In this document: piece by piece, positions 26,911 to 32,000 of the stretch
Position numbering within the stretch: the stretch's first letter is position 1
How the letters are laid out: the number at the start of each line of letters is the position of its first letter
DNA from: Microbacterium phage YuuY
Direction: 5' to 3' (one strand)
DNA: 32,000 nucleotides
Sequence record: MN284901.1
Made by a program: the position numbers and the translations under genes
Notes under the pieces: generated by a model
Told to the model about the DNA's origin: nothing
Databases searched by the model: none
What the model saw: the letters and a program-made list of their open reading frames with translations, nothing else

Positions 26911-27069
26911 TTAGGCACCACAGAGGATGCAGGGCTTGGCTCGGTTGGGCTTCATGTGGTCGCCCCGCTCGCAGGCCTCGGCGGACGCCAGCTTCTTCTC
27001 CAGGATGCGGAGCTGAATGTTGGCCTGGTGGATCTCAGCGCGGAGCGCGTGTGCGGACTTGCGTGCCAT
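26911..27069 (-). CDS. Small zinc-knuckle-like protein (52 aa), absent from the supplied ORF track
   Basis: Manual translation: MARKSAHALRAEIHQANIQLRILEKKLASAEACERGDHMKPNRAKPCILCGA*. Confidence 0.6.
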   Translation of the reverse strand: MARKSAHALRAEIHQANIQLRILEKKLASAEACERGDHMKPNRAKPCILCGA

Positions 27070-27080
27070 GATGGGCTTCC

Positions 27081-27287
27081 TTACTTGACCAGGGCCAGGG
27101 CCGAAGCCGCTGCCCGCTTGCGAACGTCGTAGCTACCGGTGTACATCACGTCGGCCAGGTGCCCCAGCTTGACGGCCTCGTCAGCCGACACGGCCCCGGT
27201 CTCGACTGCATCGTTGAGCAAGCGACGGATAGCGCGGCTGTCCTGGTCGGTGATTGCGTTGATGAGAAGCTGCTTGATGTTGTTCAT
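27081..27287 (-). CDS. Small hypothetical protein
   Basis: 68 aa; promoter immediately upstream. Confidence 0.6.
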   Translation of the reverse strand: MNNIKQLLINAITDQDSRAIRRLLNDAVETGAVSADEAVKLGHLADVMYTGSYDVRKRAAASALALVK

Positions 27288-27293
27288 GACTTC

Positions 27294-27322
27294 AGTATAC
27301 CCCTAAGTTGAAGGGGGTGCAA
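27294..27322 (-). promoter_or_regulatory. Putative strong promoter TTGCAC-N17-TATACT, leaderless spacing to ATG 27287
   Basis: -35 27317-27322, -10 27294-27299, then 6 nt (gaagtc) to the ATG. Confidence 0.7.
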
Positions 27323-27333
27323 GCTGCACCCCC
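27313..27333 (-). terminator. Hairpin overlapping the promoter -35
   Basis: Perfect 9-bp arms gggggtgca / tgcaccccc around agc, downstream of the gene ending at 27345. Confidence 0.65.
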
Positions 27334-27344
27334 AAGTATTTTGA

Positions 27345-27542
27345 CTACCCAGGGAAGACCGGGCTGAACCAGGTGTGGCCACACTCGAACTGGAAGTAGT
27401 ACCCAGCCGACGTGAACCAGGAATCGACCGTGACCCCGTGGCGTGCCGACTGGAACTCGAGCCGCTGAGCAGGGCTGGCCGTTGCCAGCCAGGCCCGCTC
27501 GACGGAAGTGTACTTAGGTGCAGCGCAAGTGATGTTGTCCAT
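27345..27542 (-). CDS. Small hypothetical protein
   Basis: 65 aa MDNITCAAPKYTSVERAWLATASPAQRLEFQSARHG.... Confidence 0.6.
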   Translation of the reverse strand: MDNITCAAPKYTSVERAWLATASPAQRLEFQSARHGVTVDSWFTSAGYYFQFECGHTWFSPVFPG

Positions 27543-27548
27543 GCCTTC

Positions 27549-27578
27549 ACCTTAGCACGATGTTCAACGGCTGGGCAA
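27549..27578 (-). promoter_or_regulatory. Putative promoter TTGCCC-N18-TAAGGT, leaderless spacing to ATG 27542, inside the 3' end of the upstream gene
   Basis: -35 27573-27578, -10 27549-27554, then 6 nt (gaaggc) to the ATG. Confidence 0.5.
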
Positions 27579-27704
27579 CTCCTCTTCAACGAATATCCGG
27601 CGCGCTTCGTTGCGCTCGTGCTCGGTCAGGTCGCCCCACTGCACGTCCGGGCTGAGCGAGTTGAACCAAACCTTGGTCGCGCTCCAGATGGCCTTATCTT
27701 CCAT
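27564..27704 (-). CDS. Small hypothetical protein (46 aa), absent from the supplied ORF track
   Basis: Manual translation: MEDKAIWSATKVWFNSLSPDVQWGDLTEHERNEARRIFVEEELPSR*; SD ccaaggaggcatc. Confidence 0.6.
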   Translation of the reverse strand: MEDKAIWSATKVWFNSLSPDVQWGDLTEHERNEARRIFVEEELPSR

Positions 27705-27725
27705 GATGCCTCCTTGGCTGGGGGA

Positions 27726-27739
27726 GGGGCCGAAGCCCC
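27726..27739 (-). terminator. GC-rich hairpin core (ggggc-cgaa-gcccc) downstream of the 27750 gene
   Basis: Perfect 5-bp core with extended imperfect G/C arms on both sides (27719-27745). Confidence 0.55.
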
Positions 27740-27749
27740 CCCCTGGGGT

Positions 27750-27956
27750 TTAGTTGAAGTGCTCGTTGCTGTAGGCGAAGACGGCCTCTTCCCACTGGCG
27801 GAAGGTCAGGGTCGTGGTGCCGTCGGCGTTGACGTTGCGGAAGAAGTACCCCTCGAACTGGTCCAGCTCCTCCTCGGTCCAGTCGTTGTCAGCAAGGTGC
27901 TGCCGGACGACCGCGATGGTGGGCTTCACGGTGAGGTTGACCTTCTCGTTATACAT
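27750..27956 (-). CDS. Small hypothetical protein
   Basis: Start MYNEKVNLTVKP at 27956 preceded by ccaaggagtccag. Confidence 0.6.
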   Translation of the reverse strand: MYNEKVNLTVKPTIAVVRQHLADNDWTEEELDQFEGYFFRNVNADGTTTLTFRQWEEAVFAYSNEHFN

Positions 27957-27984
27957 CTGGACTCCTTGGTTGGTTTGTACCTTC

Positions 27985-28014
27985 AGCTTACACCAAGGGG
28001 CTGAAGGTATGCAA
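27985..28014 (-). promoter_or_regulatory. Putative promoter TTGCAT-N18-TAAGCT
   Basis: -35 28009-28014, -10 27985-27990; -35 in the loop of ggggctg (27997-28003) / cagcccc (28019-28025). Confidence 0.6.
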
Positions 28015-28033
28015 CCCCCAGCCCCGAAGTGTG

Positions 28034-28291
28034 TCACAGGTACGGGTCGTCGTCCTCGTCGTCCGGCGCTGCGTCGCTGATCACTACCTCGCCGCCCATG
28101 TACGACTCCAGGCTGCCGAAGCCTGCCCCGTAGCGCTGCCCGTTGGAGACGACCACCTTGGCGTCCTCGCCGAACTGCTGGATGGCGTCCTGCACGGCCG
28201 ACAGCAGGTCAGCCAGCGTGACGTCCGTGTTGATCTGGTCGGGCGCGTAACCCTGATTGTCGTTGACCCCGATGAGAACCGTGTTAGCCAT
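28034..28291 (-). CDS. Small acidic hypothetical protein
   Basis: 85 aa MANTVLIGVNDNQGYAPDQINTDVTLADLLSAVQDAIQQFG.... Confidence 0.6.
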   Translation of the reverse strand: MANTVLIGVNDNQGYAPDQINTDVTLADLLSAVQDAIQQFGEDAKVVVSNGQRYGAGFGSLESYMGGEVVISDAAPDDEDDDPYL

Positions 28292-28331
28292 GATGGCCTC
28301 CCTGCTGGTGGTGGACTTTCTTCGTACCTTC

Positions 28332-28361
28332 AGTATATGCCCTGAGGGTGAAGGTTCGCAA
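28332..28361 (-). promoter_or_regulatory. Putative promoter TTGCGA-N18-TATACT
   Basis: -35 28356-28361, -10 28332-28337; upstream of ATG 28291. Confidence 0.65.
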
Positions 28362-28375
28362 CCCCCACCCTCAGG
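28341..28375 (-). terminator. Hairpin containing the next promoter's -35 in its loop
   Basis: Perfect 10-bp arms cctgagggtg (28341-28350) / caccctcagg (28366-28375), directly after the stop at 28382. Confidence 0.7.
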
Positions 28376-28381
28376 AAAGTT

Positions 28382-28708
28382 TTACTGCTCGACCGGCACC
28401 AGCTTCAGCTCGCCGTTCTCGGGGTAACGGTGACGCCCGGTGTAGACCAGCTCGTAGACCACGTTACCGATCTGCAGGTGCTCGCCGACGCCGATGCGCT
28501 GCTTCTGCTCGGTGTAGTGTGCCGAGATGGTGACACCAATGAGGCTGACCTCGGGCTTGCCAGAAGCGGTCGTGCCCTGGGCTGCGTAATACTGGCCCGA
28601 CATGTCGATGTAGATGTGGCCGTCGATACCCGCGATGTTGAAGACCTCGCTGGAGATGTAGGTGTGGGGGTAACCGGCCTTGGTGCTGAGGGTGACGATG
28701 GTAGCCAT
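28382..28708 (-). CDS. Hypothetical protein
   Basis: 108 aa, SD caggaggc upstream. Confidence 0.6.
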   Translation of the reverse strand: MATIVTLSTKAGYPHTYISSEVFNIAGIDGHIYIDMSGQYYAAQGTTASGKPEVSLIGVTISAHYTEQKQRIGVGEHLQIGNVVYELVYTGRHRYPENGELKLVPVEQ

Positions 28709-28747
28709 TGGGGGCCTCCTGAAGTAGTGGACTTGCTGACATGTTCA

Positions 28748-28776
28748 ACAATACACACTTCAGAAGACCCCCGCAA
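28748..28776 (-). promoter_or_regulatory. Putative promoter TTGCGG-N17-TATTGT
   Basis: -35 28771-28776, -10 28748-28753, directly after the 28778 stop. Confidence 0.5.
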
Positions 28777-28777
28777 G

Positions 28778-29650
28778 TTATTTCTTGAACTGCTCCGGGA
28801 TGATCAGATCGAAGCTGCCGTTCCGGACGTAGGGCTGGCCCGTGCCCTTGTAGCCCTGCTGCACCAGCCGAGCATACTTGCTGTACTCGCAGAAGACGTT
28901 CTGCACGTCCATCCAGCTTGCCGGTCGGCCGTTGCTGTCGGGCAGCGCGGGCAGGCGCTCGACCGGGAAGGTGGTGATGGTGTCGACGGCCTCCTTGGGC
29001 GTGGCTGGTGTGGCCTTGCCCAGCATGACTCCGACGCCCTTGCGACTGCCCGGACCGGCCAGGATGTACGTGTTCTCCTGGTCAGGTTCGCCCCTGGTGT
29101 ACCCGAGGTCGGTGGCGATCTGCATGGCCAAAAATGGCCCCAGACCAGGGGTTTCCTGCAGCAGCATGACCCGTGTCGCCAGGTCGTCGACCTCGGCCAC
29201 ATGACCCATCCAGGGTGCAGCAGCAGGGAACACTTCGCGCATCTTCTCAACCGTGCCCCGTCTGTCGCCAGGCTTGATCAGGATGATGTACGCCCCGTTC
29301 AGGAACGCGCCAGGCCGCGCGTCCACCACCGGAGCCACGACCTTGTCGTACCACTTGGGGTTGAAGATGTCATCCGCCTCGGGCACGTACCCGTCGTTCG
29401 CCTCGATGATGTCCGCCATCGTGTCAGGCCGGTTCACCTGCCGGTAGAAGTAGCTGACTGCCAGCCGGTCCAGCGGGTCGCTGAACACGTTCATCAAGTC
29501 GAGCAGGTACTGACTGCCCCGGTCAATGACGCGGAACACGTTGGTGAACTTGCGCTGCGTCAGGATGGGCGACTTGACGGTCTTGCCCTCCCAGAGCCGG
29601 TGCCGTGCCTTGGCGAACTTGACCACGGTGTCCACCGATGCCAGGTTCAT
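28778..29650 (-). CDS. HhH glycosylase-fold-like protein resembling the 5-hmdU DNA kinase helical domain / alpha-glutamyl-putrescinyl-thymine pyrophosphorylase clade
   Basis: Signature run: FTNVFRVIDRGSQYLL...AFLNGAYII...TPGLGPFLAMQIATDLGYTRG...ENTYILAGPGSRKGV. Confidence 0.65.
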   Translation of the reverse strand: MNLASVDTVVKFAKARHRLWEGKTVKSPILTQRKFTNVFRVIDRGSQYLLDLMNVFSDPLDRLAVSYFYRQVNRPDTMADIIEANDGYVPEADDIFNPKWYDKVVAPVVDARPGAFLNGAYIILIKPGDRRGTVEKMREVFPAAAPWMGHVAEVDDLATRVMLLQETPGLGPFLAMQIATDLGYTRGEPDQENTYILAGPGSRKGVGVMLGKATPATPKEAVDTITTFPVERLPALPDSNGRPASWMDVQNVFCEYSKYARLVQQGYKGTGQPYVRNGSFDLIIPEQFKK

Positions 29651-29994
29651 TTCCGTTTCCCCTTCCTCGCTGGCTTGGGCTTGGCCTTGCCGTCGGCAGT
29701 GATGGCCAGCTTCAGCCGGTCAATGACCGTGTCGAAGTCGTCGTTGTTCCACGCTTCAACGGCCTCCTCGAGCGCTGGCAGCGCCACTCGGCAGATGGCC
29801 ACCTGAGTCGCGTTGCTGGTGCTGGTGTGCTCGTACTTCTCCTGAGCACGTAGCTGGTGGAACTCCTCGCGCTGCAGATGCACCAGCGTGTCGGTGATGG
29901 CCAGGTGCGCCTCGTCCCCGATGGTGCCCGAGTTGGCACACTCCAGCAGCAGTGCGATCGTTATCTGTCCTGTCTGTCGTCGGCTCGCGTTCAC
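29647..29994 (-). CDS. Hypothetical protein
   Basis: 115 aa, ATGA-type overlap with neighbours, basic C-terminus. Confidence 0.55.
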   Translation of the reverse strand: MNASRRQTGQITIALLLECANSGTIGDEAHLAITDTLVHLQREEFHQLRAQEKYEHTSTSNATQVAICRVALPALEEAVEAWNNDDFDTVIDRLKLAITADGKAKPKPARKGKRK

Positions 29995-30239
29995 GTTATG
30001 TCCGCCGTGAAGTACAGGCCGACAACGGCATGCGGGTCCACGTCCGGGAAGGCGTTCACGATCTCCGGCACGGTCATGACACGCGGCTCGGGGCTGCGGG
30101 TCACACGGGTCAGCCTGGCCTCCTGAGCCAGGGTCTCGAACTTGGTGTCGGCTGCCTGCTGCGCCATCTGCACAGCGCCGATGCGGTCATGGTCGTACAG
30201 ACCCACGTCCACGAAGACGACCTGATATGCCTGAGGCAT
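29991..30239 (-). CDS. Small hypothetical protein
   Basis: 82 aa, ATGA overlap. Confidence 0.55.
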   Translation of the reverse strand: MPQAYQVVFVDVGLYDHDRIGAVQMAQQAADTKFETLAQEARLTRVTRSPEPRVMTVPEIVNAFPDVDPHAVVGLYFTADIT

Positions 30240-30721
30240 TACTGCACCGACCTTCCGCGCATCGCCTGAATGTCAGGCTGGAAGTAGGCCACGTCAGCAG
30301 CCAGGTCGCGGCCCACGGCCTCGATGCGTGTCGGTCGGCCGGTCAGGTCCGCTGCACGCTGGCGCTCGCTGCGGGTAGGTGTGGCCTGCTTCTCGGTCAG
30401 CTGCTCCCGGACCTCCTCAGGGATGCTGTGCCAGAGGTTCTCCAGCGCCTGCACCATGCCCTCGACGACCGGCTGGAGAGCGTCCTGCAGAGCTGTGACG
30501 AACTGCTGGATCATCTCGGCCACATACTGACCGATCGCCTCAAGGTCCGCCTTCTCCTTGTCGGTCAGCTCGCCTCCACCGTGCAGCGTGTCGGCATAAC
30601 CCATCAGTCGCAGTAGCGGCTCCTCGGTGTGACCAAGGCAAGTCAGCTCGCCCTCCTCAGGCTCCTGCCAGGTGTGCGCCGAGTGCTTCTCGGCGTTGGG
30701 GCACTGCATCGTGTACTTCAC
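30239..30721 (-). CDS. Hypothetical protein with N-terminal Cys/His motif and helical body
   Basis: 160 aa MKYTMQCPNAEKHSAHTWQEPEEGELTCLGH.... Confidence 0.6.
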   Translation of the reverse strand: MKYTMQCPNAEKHSAHTWQEPEEGELTCLGHTEEPLLRLMGYADTLHGGGELTDKEKADLEAIGQYVAEMIQQFVTALQDALQPVVEGMVQALENLWHSIPEEVREQLTEKQATPTRSERQRAADLTGRPTRIEAVGRDLAADVAYFQPDIQAMRGRSVQ

Positions 30722-30852
30722 AGTCCCGTCCTTCCTTCCCAGGTGTGCCCGTTCGGGTCCTCGGCACAGTCCGATGTGTTGTCACGACCGACGAAGTACC
30801 CGTTCCGGTCGGTGTGCAGCTCTTCTTCGCAGTGGTCGCACAGGTAAGGCAT
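30718..30852 (-). CDS. Small zinc-ribbon-like protein (44 aa), absent from the supplied ORF track
   Basis: Manual translation: MPYLCDHCEEELHTDRNGYFVGRDNTSDCAEDPNGHTWEGRTGL* (alternative start 30855). Confidence 0.6.
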   Translation of the reverse strand: MPYLCDHCEEELHTDRNGYFVGRDNTSDCAEDPNGHTWEGRTGL

Positions 30853-30977
30853 CATGCACCTTCCTTAGCCGGACCCAGCACCGAGATGAGGTTCTGAGCG
30901 AGGACTGCTGCTGTCTGCGGGTCGACGTCCCAGTGGACCGTCCGGCCGTTGATGGTGAGGGTAATCCGGTTGTCCAT
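30852..30977 (-). CDS. Very small protein (41 aa), absent from the supplied ORF track
   Basis: Manual translation: MDNRITLTINGRTVHWDVDPQTAAVLAQNLISVLGPAKEGA*; stop overlaps the next start. Confidence 0.5.
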   Translation of the reverse strand: MDNRITLTINGRTVHWDVDPQTAAVLAQNLISVLGPAKEGA

Positions 30978-30979
30978 GA

Positions 30980-31237
30980 TCACTTGATCCCAGCGAGCGC
31001 GTAGTTCTCCACCAGCTTGGCGCGGGTGAACTCGCGGAGCTTGCCGATGGTGTGCGGAGCCTTGGGTGCCTTGACGATGCGGAACACGCCCTTGGACGAC
31101 AGCGTGGGCAGGGCCACAATCTCCACTTCCCGGTACTTCGGCTTCGCCTTCCCCGTCTTGCCCCGATCCGTGTTCCGGACGTCAACGTCCAGCCAGCGCT
31201 GCCCGACCTGGATGTCCACCGAGTGGTTCGCGTTCAT
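30980..31237 (-). CDS. Small basic hypothetical protein, first gene of the leftward operon
   Basis: 85 aa MNANHSVDIQVGQRWLDVDVRNTDRGKTGKAK.... Confidence 0.6.
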   Translation of the reverse strand: MNANHSVDIQVGQRWLDVDVRNTDRGKTGKAKPKYREVEIVALPTLSSKGVFRIVKAPKAPHTIGKLREFTRAKLVENYALAGIK

Positions 31238-31284
31238 GTTGTTCTCCCTGTTGTCTAAGGCCAGCGTGTCCGGCCTGCCAGCTC

Positions 31285-31314
31285 AGTATGCCCTATAGGT
31301 ACTTATAAGCGCAA
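31285..31314 (-). promoter_or_regulatory. Putative leftward promoter TTGCGC-N18-CATACT
   Basis: -35 31309-31314, -10 31285-31290. Confidence 0.55.
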
Positions 31315-31342
31315 CTCCCCTCTATAGGTATAGGTACTTATA
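31294..31342. repeat. Two 14-bp direct repeats TATAGGTACTTATA
   Basis: Exact copies at 31294-31307 and 31329-31342, AT-rich in a GC-rich genome; the first lies inside the promoter spacer. Confidence 0.8.
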
Positions 31343-31386
31343 CGCGCGCGCTCGCGCTATCTGAAAGTTATAAGCACTCTTAGTAA

Positions 31387-31416
31387 CCTTCCCGTCACCT
31401 CAAGTGAAAGGGAAGG
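31387..31416. terminator. Hairpin between divergent genes
   Basis: ccttccc-g-tcac-ctcaa-gtga-aa-gggaagg, two-step stem of 7 + 4 bp. Confidence 0.55.
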
Positions 31417-31560
31417 TGGGAGAGGGCAGGGACAGAGGCCGCACCACATTCGCCACGGCGCTGAACGCTTAGCACTCGCAGTGACGAATCCTCGGCACGC
31501 GCCGGAGGCGCTGCTCGGATCCGCCATCGTGACTCTTATCCGCTGCCTGTACTGTCGCGC

Positions 31561-31590
31561 TTGCGGATGCTGGGTGGCGTGTGCTAGGGT
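31561..31590 (+). promoter_or_regulatory. Putative rightward promoter TTGCGG-N18-TAGGGT
   Basis: -35 31561-31566, -10 31585-31590; followed by ccccagttgggg (31601-31612) and the gene at 31644. Confidence 0.6.
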
Positions 31591-31643
31591 GGCTGTGTTG
31601 CCCCAGTTGGGGTAGCATCCCATAGCTTCAAGGAGTCCACACC

Positions 31644-32000
31644 ATGAAGAAGTCCATTCGGGACGTAGGCAGGGAAGCCGAGTCCGCACGTCAGGCCGCT
31701 GTGAACCCTCCCAGTCGGGAGCATGACGCTTCAGTCGTCAACGGTGGCAGGTCGCACATGTCGGCCGAGCAGCAGTTGATGCAGAGGGAGATGTCCGAGC
31801 CTAAGCGCGTCGGGGCTGTGCTGCATGACGTGATGGGTACGTCGTCGGCTGATCCCAGCACTGAGGCTCTCGCCCTGGAGATCATCCATGACTCGGGCGT
31901 TGACCTGAGGCTGGGGCTGAAGGAGTGGCGTGCAGTCACTGATCTGGTAGAGGCTGGCATCCGCAAGGGGCTTCAGATCTCGAGGCCGACGCCTCGCTAG
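31644..32000 (+). CDS. Hypothetical protein, first rightward gene after the divergent region
   Basis: 118 aa with SD caaggagtccacacc; ends with tag at the window edge. Confidence 0.6.
   Translation: MKKSIRDVGREAESARQAAVNPPSREHDASVVNGGRSHMSAEQQLMQREMSEPKRVGAVLHDVMGTSSADPSTEALALEIIHDSGVDLRLGLKEWRAVTDLVEAGIRKGLQISRPTPR

Noticed and set aside
1-32000. Integrase, excisionase, toxin-antitoxin, retron or CRISPR loci
   Set aside because: No supporting motifs seen in either strand of this window; lifestyle cannot be judged from it.

Overview
The window looks like the late and early arms of a tailed (siphovirus-type) actinobacteriophage genome, GC-rich and probably from a Streptomyces-like host. The + strand (1-11.7 kb) carries a tail assembly chaperone pair with a likely -1 frameshift, a tape measure protein, tail/minor tail proteins (one with a GH18-like catalytic motif), an M15-peptidase/PG-binding endolysin and holin-like membrane proteins, ending at a strong hairpin. 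The - strand (31.2 to 11.7 kb) carries a primase/helicase-type ATPase, a VRR-NUC nuclease, an acidic DUF669-like protein with a SAP/HeH-like helix, a Sak4-like RecA ATPase, a Cas4/RecB-like nuclease, a family A DNA polymerase, a basic-tailed nucleoid-like protein, a SNF2-type helicase and many small ORFs. Three observations stand out. (1) Scattered candidate DNA-hypermodification genes: a thymidylate-synthase homologue with the Asn-to-Asp change typical of dCMP hydroxymethylase, a TET-associated-like glycosyltransferase, a dNMP kinase, a MazG-like pyrophosphatase, and a 5-hmdU-DNA-kinase-helical-domain (alpha-GPT/PPlase)-like protein. (2) A family of near-identical sigma70-like promoters (TTGCnn-N17/18-TAnnnT), five placed so that transcription would begin at or next to the ATG (leaderless), and several with the -35 inside the loop of the preceding gene's terminator hairpin. 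(3) An atypical tRNA-like gene with a 5-nt D-loop, next to a strong hairpin. Family assignments are by motif recognition from memory; no database search was run.
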